A DNA stretch of 58,122 nt, taken from the NCBI GenBank assembly GCA_039188505.1, contig JBCCZC010000001.1, positions 1 through 58,122 on the forward strand, written 5' to 3'. Source of the DNA: Pseudomonadota bacterium (GTDB lineage: Bacteria > Pseudomonadota > Gammaproteobacteria > Xanthomonadales > SZUA-38). The notes under the pieces were generated by a model, which was not told the origin of the DNA, ran no database searches, and saw only the letters and a list, made by a program, of their open reading frames with translations. Shown here piece by piece: positions 38,952 through 49,583 of the stretch. The position numbers and the translations under genes were made by a program. Position 1 is the first letter of the stretch, and each line of letters opens with the position of its first letter.

Positions 38952-39979
38952 GAGGTGCCTCCGTCGATCAGGTGTCGTGTCATCGCAGGAGTCGCATGCT
39001 CCAGGAAGCCGTCGTCCGAGCGCTCGATCAGCAGCACCGGGATGCCCCGGTCGATGGCGAATGCGAGCGCGTCGTCCTTGCCCATGACCAGCAGCGCCGT
39101 CGCCAGCGCGTCGGCGCGCATGGTCTCCGGCGCAAGCACCGTAACCGACGCGAGCGTCTGCAGCACCGGCTCTCCGCTCCGCGGATCGATCACGTGCGCA
39201 AAGCGTCGCCCGTCCCGTTCGAAGTAGTTCCGGTAGTCTCCGGACGTGGCGACGCCGTTGTCCCCAGGCTCGATGATCCGCTGGATCGACCGTCCGACGT
39301 CGAGCGGTCGCTCGATGGCGACCCGCCAGCCGCGGTCCTCAGCCGGTCGACCTCGCGCTCGCAGCTCGCCGCCGATATCCACCAGATAGCTTTCGACGCC
39401 GCTCGCCTCGAGCAGCTCGCCGAGGCGATCTACCGCGTACCCCTTGGCGATGGCCGACAGGTCCACGTAGACATCCGGGCGCGCCTTTCGCAGGGCCGGC
39501 GGCTCGCCGCGGACCTCGAGGAGGTCTGCTCCGACGCGCTCGCGCGTCGCCTCGAGCAGAGCCTCGGCGGGCCGGACGGGCGCGACCGCCGCGGGCCCGA
39601 AGCCCCAGAGGTTCACGAGCGGGCCAACGGTCACGTCGAGCGCGCCTGCGGTCTCGACGTTCACCGCGAGGGCCGCTGCGACAACGTCCGCGGTCGCCTG
39701 CGAGACCGGCCACCACTCCAACGACTCGGCCGCATTGAAGAGCGACAGTTCGGAGTCCGGCTGCCAGGTGGACATCAGCGCGTTGATGCCTGCGAGCTCA
39801 ATCCTGATCGCCTCGCCGAGTGCCTCGGGATCCGCGACTGCGCCGGCGATTCGAACCGAGAACTGCGTGCCCATCGTGGGGCCTTCGAGGCTGACGACGG
39901 GCACTTCCCGCGAACAGGCCGCGAGCAGCAGCAGCGCGGCCGCGGCGAGACAACGGACGGTCCGGTCAGCCGAAGTCAT
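38948..39979 (-). CDS. apbE: FAD:protein FMN transferase ApbE (lipoprotein)
   Basis: Lipobox LLLLAAC, then [11 protein letters not shown], the typical ApbE start. ATG 39979 overlaps the nqrF end by 14 nt. Confidence 0.9.
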   Translation of the reverse strand: MTSADRTVRCLAAAALLLLAACSREVPVVSLEGPTMGTQFSVRIAGAVADPEALGEAIRIELAGINALMSTWQPDSELSLFNAAESLEWWPVSQATADVVAAALAVNVETAGALDVTVGPLVNLWGFGPAAVAPVRPAEALLEATRERVGADLLEVRGEPPALRKARPDVYVDLSAIAKGYAVDRLGELLEASGVESYLVDIGGELRARGRPAEDRGWRVAIERPLDVGRSIQRIIEPGDNGVATSGDYRNYFERDGRRFAHVIDPRSGEPVLQTLASVTVLAPETMRADALATALLVMGKDDALAFAIDRGIPVLLIERSDDGFLEHATPAMTRHLIDGGTS

Positions 39980-41189
39980 CGAAGAGAATGCTCTCGCGTT
40001 CCACGCCCAGGTCATCGAGCATCTTGCCCAGTGCGGCCACCATGATGGGCGGCCCGCAAATGTAGTACTCGCACTCCTCGGGCGCCGGATGCTTGCTCAG
40101 GTACTCGTCATGGAGCACCTGGTGGATGAATCCCGTGAGTCCGGTCCATTCGTCTTCGGGCAGCGGATCGGACAGCGCAACGTGCCACTCGAAGTTGTCG
40201 TTCTCCGCCGCGAGCTCGTTGAAGTCGTCCTCGTAAAACATCTCCCTCAAGCTACGTGCGCCGTACCAGAAGGTCATCTTGCGCTTGGAGTTCAAACGCC
40301 TGAGCTGATCGAAGATGTGCGACCGCATCGGCGCCATCCCGGCGCCCCCGCCGATGAAGACCATCTCGCGATCCGTGTCGCGGGCGAAGAATTCGCCGAA
40401 AGGTCCGGAGACCTCGACCTTGTCGCCCGGCTTCAGGCTGAAGATATACGACGACATGATCCCCGGCGTCACCTGCGGTCCAGCGCCGGGCGGTGGTGTG
40501 GCGATGCGGGTATTGAGCATGATCACGTCGTCTTCGACGGGGTAGTTTGCCATCGAGTAGGCGCGCTGCACCGGCTGATCGCAATGCGATTCCAGGGCCA
40601 GGAGTCCATGACGCTCCCACTCCTCGCGGTACTGGTCCTCGATCACGAAGTCCTTGTACGCAACGTGATGCGGCGGGCACTCGATCTGGATATAGCCGCC
40701 CGCCCGGAAGTCGATGGACTCGCCTTCGGGCAGTTCGAGCACGAATTCCTTTATGAAGGTAGATACGTTGTCGTTGGACCGAACCGTCGCCTGCCAGCGC
40801 TTGACGCCAAAGACCTCGCTGGGCACCTGGATGTCCATCGACTCTTTGACGGCGACCTGGCAGGCGAGCCGGACCCCATCGGAGGCGTCGCGCTTGTTGA
40901 TGCACGCCTCCTCGGTCGGGACCATCGCCCCGCCGCCGTCTAGCACCTTCACCCGGCACTGTCCGCAGGTCCCCTTACCGCCGCAGGCCGAGGCGACGAA
41001 CAGCCCTTCGCCGGCAAGCACACCCAGCAGCTTGCCGCCGACCGGCACCTCGAGCTTTCTCTCGTGGTTGATGTCGATCGTGACGTCACCGCTGGGCACG
41101 AGGAACCGACGCGCGAAGAGAATGATGCCGGTCTGAAGCAGGACGATCAGCGTGAACATCGTCACGCCCAGGAGAATGTTGCCGGTCAT
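39966..41189 (-). CDS. nqrF: Na+-NQR subunit F
   Basis: N-terminal TM helix, 2Fe-2S ferredoxin motif [17 protein letters not shown]-binding domain, 407 aa. Confidence 0.95.
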   Translation of the reverse strand: MTGNILLGVTMFTLIVLLQTGIILFARRFLVPSGDVTIDINHERKLEVPVGGKLLGVLAGEGLFVASACGGKGTCGQCRVKVLDGGGAMVPTEEACINKRDASDGVRLACQVAVKESMDIQVPSEVFGVKRWQATVRSNDNVSTFIKEFVLELPEGESIDFRAGGYIQIECPPHHVAYKDFVIEDQYREEWERHGLLALESHCDQPVQRAYSMANYPVEDDVIMLNTRIATPPPGAGPQVTPGIMSSYIFSLKPGDKVEVSGPFGEFFARDTDREMVFIGGGAGMAPMRSHIFDQLRRLNSKRKMTFWYGARSLREMFYEDDFNELAAENDNFEWHVALSDPLPEDEWTGLTGFIHQVLHDEYLSKHPAPEECEYYICGPPIMVAALGKMLDDLGVERESILFDDFG

Positions 41190-41794
41190 AGCTGGATTCC
41201 CGAGAAGGCCATGAACGCGAGGGACATGAGTCCGGCCGTGATGAAGGTGATGCCGAGCCCCTGGAGGCCGTCCGGCACGTCAGAGTACTTGAGCTTCTCG
41301 CGGACGCCCGCGAGGCACGCCAGCGCCAGCGCCCAGCCGACGCCCGAGCCGAACCCAAAGACGACGCTCTCACCGAAGTCGTAGCTCCGCTCGACCATGA
41401 AGAGCGAGCCCCCGAGGATCGCGCAGTTCACCGTGATGAGCGGTAGGAACAGCCCGAGCGCGTTGAAGAGCGCAGGAAAGAACCGGTCGAGCACCATCTC
41501 GAGAATCTGAACCATGGCCGCGATGATGCCGATGTAGCAGACCAGGCCCAGGAAGCTCAGATCGACCTCCGGATAGCCCGCCCAGCCCCAAGCGCCCTCC
41601 TTGAGCAGGTTGTTGTAGATGAGGTTGTTGACCGGCACGGTGATCGTCTGGACGGCGATGACCGCCGCGCCGAGGCCGAGCGCCGTATCCACGCGCTTGG
41701 AGATCGCGAGAAAAGTACACATGCCGAGGAAGAAGGCGAGCGCCAGATTCTCGACGAAGACCGCCTTGACGAAGAGGGCGAGGCTCGCTTCCAT
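41186..41794 (-). CDS. nqrE: Na+-NQR subunit E
   Basis: Starts at [28 protein letters not shown]. 202 aa, polytopic. ATGA overlaps at both ends. Confidence 0.95.
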   Translation of the reverse strand: MEASLALFVKAVFVENLALAFFLGMCTFLAISKRVDTALGLGAAVIAVQTITVPVNNLIYNNLLKEGAWGWAGYPEVDLSFLGLVCYIGIIAAMVQILEMVLDRFFPALFNALGLFLPLITVNCAILGGSLFMVERSYDFGESVVFGFGSGVGWALALACLAGVREKLKYSDVPDGLQGLGITFITAGLMSLAFMAFSGIQL

Positions 41795-42456
41795 CACTTC
41801 ACCTCGATCCGATGGACTTCGTGGATCTGGTATTCGGGAGGCTCGACCTGCTTCGTCTTCCAGGTGCGGATGCCCCAGATGAGGAAGCCGATGATGAAGA
41901 AGGCGCTCGGCGGCAGGAGCATCATGCCATTGGGGACGTACCATCCCCCTTCCGCTGCCAGCGGGAGCACTTCCTTTCCGAAGAGCGTGCCGGAGCCGAA
42001 CAGCTCGCGCAGGAACGCGACGGTCAGCAGGATCAGGCCGTAACCCATCGCGTTGCCGACACCGTCGAGCACGCTGGGGACGACGGGGTTCTTCATCGCG
42101 AAAGCCTCGGCGCGACCCAGGACGATGCAGTTGGTGATAATGAGGCCGACGAAGACCGAAAGCTGCCGCGAGGTGTCGTAGGCATACGCCTTGAGCACTT
42201 GGTCGACCACGATGACCGCCGAGGCGATGATCGTCATCTGTACGATCAATCTCGTGCTGTTGGGAAGCAGGTTCCGGACTAGACTGATGGTCGCACTTGA
42301 GAAGGCCAGCACCGCGATCACCGCCGAGGCGAGCAGTAGCGAGGGCATCAGCGAGCTGGTGACGGCCAGCGCCGAGCAGATCCCGAGAATCTGCAGCGTG
42401 ACCGGATTGTTGTCGATCAGGGGGTCGGTCAGGATCTTGCGCGTGCTGTCGGTCAT
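41794..42456 (-). CDS. nqrD: Na+-NQR subunit D
   Basis: A 220-aa polytopic protein, [25 protein letters not shown], paralogous to NqrE/RnfE. Confidence 0.95.
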   Translation of the reverse strand: MTDSTRKILTDPLIDNNPVTLQILGICSALAVTSSLMPSLLLASAVIAVLAFSSATISLVRNLLPNSTRLIVQMTIIASAVIVVDQVLKAYAYDTSRQLSVFVGLIITNCIVLGRAEAFAMKNPVVPSVLDGVGNAMGYGLILLTVAFLRELFGSGTLFGKEVLPLAAEGGWYVPNGMMLLPPSAFFIIGFLIWGIRTWKTKQVEPPEYQIHEVHRIEVK

Positions 42457-43253
42457 GTGGCCTCCAGCCAGTGTTTCTTCAGGTAAGGGCCGAAGCCGTC
42501 GGGGCCCAGCCAGAAGCGAAGCGTGGTCGTCACGCCCGCTCCGGTAAGCGTGGCGCCGGACATTCCGTCGACCTGCATCGCCGGGTCGCCGGCCTGCGGC
42601 GGGTCGTTGCTGGCCACATCGCGGGGCACGCGGCCGCGGATGACTTCGATCTGCGGCTCACCGGCCGCGTCGATGACCACCTTGCCTTCCCACAGCGCGA
42701 GCCAGCGTTCGCTCTCGATCTGATCGCCGAGCCCCGGCGTCTCGCCGTGCTCGTTGAAGCGCAGTCCGTAGACCGTCTTGCCGTCGGGCTCGAGGGCTAG
42801 AAACCCCTTCATCGTCGACCAGAGGCCAGCGCCCCGGATCGGAAGGATGACGCTCGTGACGTCGTCCCCGTCGCGGACGATGTAGACCGGCGCCAGGTTC
42901 TCGCGGCGCCCGACCTTGGCGATGTCCCGCTCGGCGGGAATCACGGTGCTCTGCGTCGGATCGGACGCGGCGCGGGCGGCGTCGAAGACCTGCGGATCGA
43001 CGTCGTCGACGTAGTCGCCGGCGGCGAGATTGACGATCCGCGTTTCGATGGCGCCGAACTGGGCATCGATCGGCTGCTCCGGATCGAGCAGCCCGGCCAC
43101 GGCGAGGATGTTCTCCTGCCGGTTCAGCAGGGAATTCTGGTCCTGCAGGGGCTTGAGGACGATCGCCGCCGTCGTCACAAGCGCCGAACAGAACAGGCTC
43201 GCGACCGCGGCCACGACCAGCGTACGTCCGACCGTTTCGCGCTTATCCGCCAC
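42453..43253 (-). CDS. nqrC: Na+-NQR subunit C
   Basis: A single N-terminal TM helix and the FMN attachment motif DGMSGATLT. Confidence 0.95.
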   Translation of the reverse strand: MADKRETVGRTLVVAAVASLFCSALVTTAAIVLKPLQDQNSLLNRQENILAVAGLLDPEQPIDAQFGAIETRIVNLAAGDYVDDVDPQVFDAARAASDPTQSTVIPAERDIAKVGRRENLAPVYIVRDGDDVTSVILPIRGAGLWSTMKGFLALEPDGKTVYGLRFNEHGETPGLGDQIESERWLALWEGKVVIDAAGEPQIEVIRGRVPRDVASNDPPQAGDPAMQVDGMSGATLTGAGVTTTLRFWLGPDGFGPYLKKHWLEAT

Positions 43254-44457
43254 TGCGCTGCTCCCGCCGGCGCACGTTGGCCCGGACCACGAAATAGTCG
43301 ATGAGCGGCGCCACGACGTTGGCGAAGAGGATCGCCATCATGATGCCTTCCGGAAACGCCGGGTTGACCACCCGGATCATCACGGTCATGGCTCCGATCA
43401 ACAGTCCGAAGATCCAGCGTCCGGTGTTGGTCTGGCAGGCGCTGACCGGATCGGTGGCCATGAACACCATGCCGAAAGCGAAGCCCCCGACCACGAGGTG
43501 CCAGTGCCAGGGCATGGCGAACATCGGATTCGTGTCCGAACCGATCGCGTTGAAAAGCAGAGTCGTCGCGACCATGCCGATGAAGACGCCCAGAACGATC
43601 CGCCAGGAAGCGATCCGTGCGTAGATCAGGAAGGCGCCGCCCAGCAGGCATGCGATCGCAGAGGTCTCGCCGATGGAACCCTGGATCCTGCCGAAGAAGG
43701 CGTCCATCCAGGTCACACCCACGGCGGCGACCCCCGCCATCCCGTCGATCGCCGAAGCGCCGAGCGCGGTGGCGCCGGAGAATCCGTCGACCGGTGTCCA
43801 GACGGTGGTGCCCGACATGTCGACGGGGTAGGCAAAGTAGAGAAAGGCCCTTCCGGCCAACGCGGGATTGAGGAAGTTCTTGCCGGTCCCGCCAAAGACC
43901 TCCTTCGCGACGACCACGCCGAAGCTGATGCCGAGCGCGGCCTGCCACAACGGCGTGGTTGCCGGCAGGATCAGCGCATAGAGCCAGCCCGTGACGAAAA
44001 AGCCTTCGTTGACCTCGTGGTTGCGAACCCCGGCGAAGAGCACCTCCCAGAAGCCGCCGACCGCCATGGTCACGATGTAGATCGGCAGGAAGTACAGGAA
44101 GCCGTGGAACATGCACGCCATGATGCTGCCCGGGTCGTAGCCGATCCCCAGAGCGTCCATGATCCCGCCACGCCAGCCCTCGGCGCTCGCCAGGCCGAGG
44201 TCGGCCATAGCGGTGTGCGTCTGGAAACCGACATTCCAGACACCGACGAGCATCGCCGGGAAAGCCGCAAGCACTACAAGAATCATCACCCGTTTGAGGT
44301 CGATCGAGTCGCGGACGTGCGGCGCGTGCGGCGTCACGAATGGCGGTGTATAAAACATCGTGTCGACCATCTCGTAAAGCGCCTCGAAGCGCTCGAGCTG
44401 GCCTCCCTTGGCGAACAGGGGCTCGACCCGGTCCAATGCCTTGCGCAGCGGCTGCAT
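43243..44457 (-). CDS. nqrB: Na+-NQR subunit B
   Basis: Starts at [15 protein letters not shown] (ATG 44457, ATGA overlap with the nqrA stop). FMN attachment motif [10 protein letters not shown]. 404 aa. Confidence 0.95.
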   Translation of the reverse strand: MQPLRKALDRVEPLFAKGGQLERFEALYEMVDTMFYTPPFVTPHAPHVRDSIDLKRVMILVVLAAFPAMLVGVWNVGFQTHTAMADLGLASAEGWRGGIMDALGIGYDPGSIMACMFHGFLYFLPIYIVTMAVGGFWEVLFAGVRNHEVNEGFFVTGWLYALILPATTPLWQAALGISFGVVVAKEVFGGTGKNFLNPALAGRAFLYFAYPVDMSGTTVWTPVDGFSGATALGASAIDGMAGVAAVGVTWMDAFFGRIQGSIGETSAIACLLGGAFLIYARIASWRIVLGVFIGMVATTLLFNAIGSDTNPMFAMPWHWHLVVGGFAFGMVFMATDPVSACQTNTGRWIFGLLIGAMTVMIRVVNPAFPEGIMMAILFANVVAPLIDYFVVRANVRRREQRSGG

Positions 44458-45812
44458 CAGCCCTCCTTCTCGATCTTGTTCAACGACTCCCGCAGGTAGG
44501 CGCCGTAGTCGTACTTGCTGGGGCAGACGAAGGAGCAGAGCGCCAGATCTTCCTGATCCAGCTCGAGGCAACCGAGCTTCTGCGCCATGTCAGTGTCTCC
44601 GACGATCAGCGCCTTGAGCAGCGGCGCGGGCAGCATGTCGAGCGGCAGCACCGACTCGAGGTTGCCGATCGGCACCATGGCACGGGCCGATCCGTTCATG
44701 GTAGTCGACAGCGGGAATCGGCTCGAACGCAGCGCACCCCCGAACGCCGGCACCGACGAATAGCGGTCCATGCCTGGCATCAGCCAACCAAAAAAGCGCC
44801 GTGGCTCGCCCTCCGCGAGCGCGGTGACCTGGCGCGAGAAACGGCCGAGATACGCCGCCCAGTTGGTCGCCCGGTGCCCGTCGAGCACCGAGCCGGAAAC
44901 AACTCGGCACGAGCCGGTTTTCAGCTCTGCTGTGAGCAGATCATTGAGGCTCGCGCCGAGGCGAGTCCGCAGCATGCGGGGTCGCTCGACCATCGGACCC
45001 GAGAGCGAAATGACCCGCTCCGTCCACAGGCGGCCGGTCGTGAACAGCTTGCCGATCGAGACCACCTCCTGCATCGCCAGATGCCAGACCGAGCGCTTCG
45101 CGCTGACCGGGTGGAGCATGTGAATGTGGGTACCCGGGAGCCCCGCGGGATGGGGACCGGAGAACTCGGCGACGCGAACGCGCTCATCCGAGAACGTCGG
45201 CACCGGCGCGCCCGGCGAGCAGCAGACGTAGACGGGACCGTCCGTCAAGCGCAGCATCACCTCGACACCGGCCGCGAACGCCTCCGAGTGCTCGGCCATG
45301 ACGCCGGCGAGGCTGCCAGCCAGCGGATTGGAATCCATTGCGGTGACGAAGATCGCCGAGGGCGGCGGCGCGTCGGGATCCGGCGTGCGGATGAACGGAC
45401 GCGACCGCAGTCCGGTCCAGAGCCCGCTGGCCAGGAACTGCTCGACCACGGTCTCCCGGTCGAGCCCGGCGAGGTCTTCCCGGGCGTGGGCGTCGAAGGT
45501 CACCTCCGCGTCGCCGCCCAGATCGATGATCACCGAGAACAGCCGGCGTCGCGGCCCGCGGACGACCTCGCGGACCGTGCCGGCTCCCGGGGAGACGAAC
45601 TGGATCCGCGGATTGCGCCGGTCGCTGAAGAGCACCTGGCCGAGGGCGACCTCTTCGCCTTCGGCCACGCTCATCGACGGCTTGAGCCCCTCGTAGTCAG
45701 GGCCGAGCACCGCCACCGAGCGCACCGACGCGCCGTCCTCGATGACGGGCTCAGGAGCCCCCTGGAGCGGCAGGTCGAGCCCCCGCTTGATCCGGAATTG
45801 CCTATAGCTCAT
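44457..45812 (-). CDS. nqrA: Na+-NQR subunit A
   Basis: [20 protein letters not shown]..., 451 aa, first gene of the operon. Confidence 0.95.
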   Translation of the reverse strand: MSYRQFRIKRGLDLPLQGAPEPVIEDGASVRSVAVLGPDYEGLKPSMSVAEGEEVALGQVLFSDRRNPRIQFVSPGAGTVREVVRGPRRRLFSVIIDLGGDAEVTFDAHAREDLAGLDRETVVEQFLASGLWTGLRSRPFIRTPDPDAPPPSAIFVTAMDSNPLAGSLAGVMAEHSEAFAAGVEVMLRLTDGPVYVCCSPGAPVPTFSDERVRVAEFSGPHPAGLPGTHIHMLHPVSAKRSVWHLAMQEVVSIGKLFTTGRLWTERVISLSGPMVERPRMLRTRLGASLNDLLTAELKTGSCRVVSGSVLDGHRATNWAAYLGRFSRQVTALAEGEPRRFFGWLMPGMDRYSSVPAFGGALRSSRFPLSTTMNGSARAMVPIGNLESVLPLDMLPAPLLKALIVGDTDMAQKLGCLELDQEDLALCSFVCPSKYDYGAYLRESLNKIEKEG

Positions 45813-46071
45813 GAATTAGCGACGCAGCGCGCTGGTCGACCGACTTTTCGTTCCGCCCATCATCGCCAAACATGATGACTTTGTGAAGGACGTTGACCTT
45901 GTCCTCGATCAACGGGGTCGCCGACCTGCCCTTCCCGGGAGCGCTTCGGTCCCGGAAGATCATCAGCGAGGCCTCGACACCGGCCTCGCGCACCTGTTTG
46001 TTCTATACTTTCGGGCGCCCGCCCACCATGGGCGGCGCGCCCCAGGACAGGTATCGGAGACAGGAGGTCTC

Positions 46072-47454
46072 ATGCGAATCATCGCCGCCATCGCGCTGCT
46101 CGCTGGGGCGGTTTCCGCTCATGCCATCGGCCTGGGCCCCGTCGGGCAGGGCCAGGTTCTCGTCTTCCCTTACTACAACGCCGGCGACACCCTGGACACC
46201 TTGATTGTCGTCCACAACGAGACGTCGCGGCCCAAGGCCCTGAAGGTCATCGTCCGGGAGGCGGACCAGGCGCGGGCCGTCCTGAGCTTCAATCTTTACC
46301 TCGCACCGCACGACCAGTGGTCGGTGGCCCTGTCATCGCTCAACGGCGAGCTGGAGCGCGCAGCGATCGTCACTGACGACATGACCTGCACCGTGCCGTC
46401 GATCTTCGACCAGCGCAGCACGACGCTTCCGTCCGGGCTGCCCGCCGTGTTCCTCTCGCCGCTCCTCCTGGACGACCACCCCGAAGCCATCGACCGCCTG
46501 CGCGAGGGCATGGTCGAGATCGTCGAGATGGGGGAGGTCGTCGGCGATGCCGGTGAGCTGGTGGCCGCGCAGGACTGCCGTGCGTTGGTCAACGCCTGGG
46601 TCCAGGGCTTCTGGCGCGACGATCCCGCCACCGGCATGGCGCCTCCCGGCGGCGGGCTGAGCGGCAAGGCCTGGCTGATCAACGTCCTGGGCGGGGACTC
46701 TTACAGCTACGCGGCGGAGGCGTTCACCGAATTCAGCTCGATCCAGCAGCATGCCGATCCCAGCGCGACCGAACCCGGTCTGGCGAACGCGACGAGCGAT
46801 CGTGACGATGGTCGGATCGAGGCGGCAGTCACGACCCAGCAAGGGGCCCGCACTGCCCTCTGGGATAGCCCCTTCGATGCCGTGGGCGCCCTGCTCGCGC
46901 GCGCCTCTCACCAGACCGCGGTCACGCGTTCGCCGGAGCTCAACGGCGCGACTGAGGTGATCGTGGCCAACCTCGGCCGCCTCCTCGACGAAACGACGAC
47001 GAGCGAGGTCGCCCTGGTGACCTGGGACGACACCGGCGCCCCGGGCCTCGACTGCGACCGTGATCCCCTGATCTCGCCGCCACCGCCGCTGATCGACCGG
47101 CTCGTGGTCGTCGACCGCGCCGTTCAGACCCTCCAGCTCGCGGACTCCGGCATCCTCGCCGCCCGCAACGCCATCGATGTTTCCGAGCGGATGCCCGACC
47201 GCGGCCGGCTGGCGCTCGTCGCCGGGCCCGGCGGTGCTGCCGATTGTCCCCTCGAAAACGCGATACTCGTCGGCGGCCCGGTGGACGGCGGCGGACCGGT
47301 CAGGCTGACCGACGCACCGCTCGTCGTGCTGTCCCTGGAACGCGTCACGAACGGCACGATCTCGCTCCCCGGAAGCGGCACCGTGCTGTCGAACTACGGC
47401 GTGCTGAGCCGAGCCACGACGAACCTCTCTCCGGCGGACGTGCTGACACAGTAG
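46072..47454 (+). CDS. hypothetical secreted protein (460 aa)
   Basis: AGGAGG lies 6 nt before ATG 46072. Signal peptide MRIIAAIALLAGAVSAHA. No motif recognised. Confidence 0.65.
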   Translation: MRIIAAIALLAGAVSAHAIGLGPVGQGQVLVFPYYNAGDTLDTLIVVHNETSRPKALKVIVREADQARAVLSFNLYLAPHDQWSVALSSLNGELERAAIVTDDMTCTVPSIFDQRSTTLPSGLPAVFLSPLLLDDHPEAIDRLREGMVEIVEMGEVVGDAGELVAAQDCRALVNAWVQGFWRDDPATGMAPPGGGLSGKAWLINVLGGDSYSYAAEAFTEFSSIQQHADPSATEPGLANATSDRDDGRIEAAVTTQQGARTALWDSPFDAVGALLARASHQTAVTRSPELNGATEVIVANLGRLLDETTTSEVALVTWDDTGAPGLDCDRDPLISPPPPLIDRLVVVDRAVQTLQLADSGILAARNAIDVSERMPDRGRLALVAGPGGAADCPLENAILVGGPVDGGGPVRLTDAPLVVLSLERVTNGTISLPGSGTVLSNYGVLSRATTNLSPADVLTQ

Positions 47455-47530
47455 GCCCACGGTCTCTCGCGCTCCCGGCGGCGGTCTGCTGGCGAGTCCG
47501 AACGGCTCGGCGACGGTCGCCCGGACCGCT

Positions 47531-49360
47531 TCAATCCTCGACCAGGAAGCCACCGGACTGGCGGGCCCAGAGCTCGGCGTACAGTCCCCCTGCCGCGACC
47601 AGCTCGTCGTGGGTGCCCTGCTCGATGATCTGCCCCTGATCGAGGACGACCAGACGGTCCATGGCGGCGATGGTCGACAGCCGATGCGCGATCGCGATCA
47701 CCGTCTTCCCCTGCATGAGTTCGAAGAGGTGCTCCTGGATTGCGGCCTCCACCTCCGAATCGAGCGCCGAGGTCGCCTCGTCGAGGACGAGGATCGGCGC
47801 GTCCTTCAGGAACATGCGAGCAATGGCGACACGCTGTCGCTGGCCGCCAGACAGCTTGACGCCCCGCTCGCCCACGTGCGCATCGAGCCCGCGACGGCCC
47901 TCATGATCCTCGAGGTCGGCGATGAAATCCTCGGCATTGGCTCGCCGTGCGGCGCGCCAGATCGCGTCGTCCGAAGCATCGGCGGCGCCGTAGGCGATAT
48001 TCTCGCGGATGGAACGATGCAGCAGCGCCGTGTCCTGGGTCACCACGCCGACCTGGGCACGCAGGGAGTCCTGGGTGACCGCGCGGACGTCGTGGCCGTC
48101 GATCAAAACCGTCCCGCCCTCGACGTCGAAGAAGCGCAGGAGGAGATTACACAGGGTGGTCTTGCCGGCACCGGATCGACCGACGAGGCCCACGCGCTCC
48201 CCGGGGCGAATCGCTAGCGAGAGCCCTTCGATCACGCCGCCCTCCTTACCGTAGTGGAAGCGGACGTCGTCGAACACGATGTGCCCCTGCGCAGCCGGCA
48301 GCGCCTCGGCGTCCGAGCGGTCCGTCACGGATACCCGCCGGGTGAGCATGGACTTGCCGTCGTAGATCGTCCCGATGGCCTCGAAGAGGGCCGACACCTC
48401 CCACATGATCCAGGTCGCCATGCCGTTCAGGCGCAGGCAGAGCGCGATCGCCACCGCGATGGCGCCGATCGAGACCGCGGCGTCCCGCCAGAGGAGAATC
48501 GCCAGCGCCGCTACCAGGAACACGAGGAGCGAGTTGGCAGTGTAGACCGACCAGTAGAAGGTCGTGATCAGGCGCATCTGCGGATGGACCGTACCGAGGA
48601 AGGTCTCCATGCTCTCGCGAGCATAGCCGGCTTCCCGCCGGGCATGGGCAAAGAGCTTCACCGTGGTGATGTTGGTGTAGCTGTCGACGATGCGACCGGT
48701 CATGGCTGAGCGCGCGTCGGACTGTCGCTCGCTGATCGCGGCGAGCCGCGGCACGAATACGACGATGAGCGCGACGTAGACCGCCAGCCAGCCGAGGAAA
48801 GGCAGCATGAGGCGCCAGTCGCTGCCCGCCACCAGCGCCACGGTCGCCACGAAGTAGACGCCCACGTACACGAGCACGTCGAGAAGCTTCGAAGCCGCCT
48901 CGCGCAGCGCGAGTGCGGTCTGCATGACCTTGGTTGCAACGCGACCGGCAAACTCGTCGGCGAAGAAATCCAGGGACTGGTTCAGCAGGTGCCGATGCAT
49001 GCGCCAGCGGGCGCTCATCGGCAGGTTGCCGCTCAGGGCCTGGAACAGCACGAGGGACCAGAGCAGCACCGTCGCGGGCAGCACGACCAGCACCACCAGG
49101 GCCATCCAGCTCAACGTTCGCGCGTGGTCTTCGAAGAACGTCGCGGGGTCCGACGCGGCCAGCAGGTCGACCAGATCGCCGAGAAAACCGACCAGCAGGA
49201 CCTCGAGCACCGCGACGAGCGCCGCGATCGCGCTCACGGCGACGAGCAGCGGCCACGCGTCCCTCAGGTAGTAGAGACCGAACGCCAGCAGCCCGTCCGG
49301 CGGCGACGAGGCCCGGGATCTCGGGAAGGCGCTCAGGAGACGTTCGAAGAGGGCGTACAT
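47531..49360 (-). CDS. ABC transporter permease/ATP-binding fusion (exporter-type half transporter)
   Basis: N-terminal 6-TM domain. Walker A GRSGAGKTT, signature LSGGQRQRV, Walker B ILVLDEATSALD. Start at MYALFERLL (ATG 49360) inside a longer ORF. Confidence 0.9.
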   Translation of the reverse strand: MYALFERLLSAFPRSRASSPPDGLLAFGLYYLRDAWPLLVAVSAIAALVAVLEVLLVGFLGDLVDLLAASDPATFFEDHARTLSWMALVVLVVLPATVLLWSLVLFQALSGNLPMSARWRMHRHLLNQSLDFFADEFAGRVATKVMQTALALREAASKLLDVLVYVGVYFVATVALVAGSDWRLMLPFLGWLAVYVALIVVFVPRLAAISERQSDARSAMTGRIVDSYTNITTVKLFAHARREAGYARESMETFLGTVHPQMRLITTFYWSVYTANSLLVFLVAALAILLWRDAAVSIGAIAVAIALCLRLNGMATWIMWEVSALFEAIGTIYDGKSMLTRRVSVTDRSDAEALPAAQGHIVFDDVRFHYGKEGGVIEGLSLAIRPGERVGLVGRSGAGKTTLCNLLLRFFDVEGGTVLIDGHDVRAVTQDSLRAQVGVVTQDTALLHRSIRENIAYGAADASDDAIWRAARRANAEDFIADLEDHEGRRGLDAHVGERGVKLSGGQRQRVAIARMFLKDAPILVLDEATSALDSEVEAAIQEHLFELMQGKTVIAIAHRLSTIAAMDRLVVLDQGQIIEQGTHDELVAAGGLYAELWARQSGGFLVED

Positions 49361-49583
49361 GCGGCCGTGTCCAGCGAAGAGGCCAGACGATACTCCACGC
49401 GACCGGCGAATGCGATGGCCTGCCGTGCGCGTCGCCGGCCGCCCCTGAACGGCGGTGAAAACCGTAGGAACTCCTGGGCAGCGCCACCAGGCAACACGGC
49501 CCGCCGCCGGCCCTGCGCCATGGCAATCGTGTGGGGGCGAACTATGCTGAGAGAACGTCTCGGACCTTCCAGGGGAGGGCGTC

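Noticed and set aside
45990-46050. A strong GC hairpin (GGGCGCCCGCCCA...TGGGCGGCGCGCCC) and a TTGTTC/TATACT pair between nqrA and the 460-aa gene, considered as a regulatory RNA or promoter.
   Set aside because: The -35-like and -10-like hexamers are directly adjacent, so the spacing is wrong. The hairpin alone gives no functional assignment. I noted it only as an unexplained structure.
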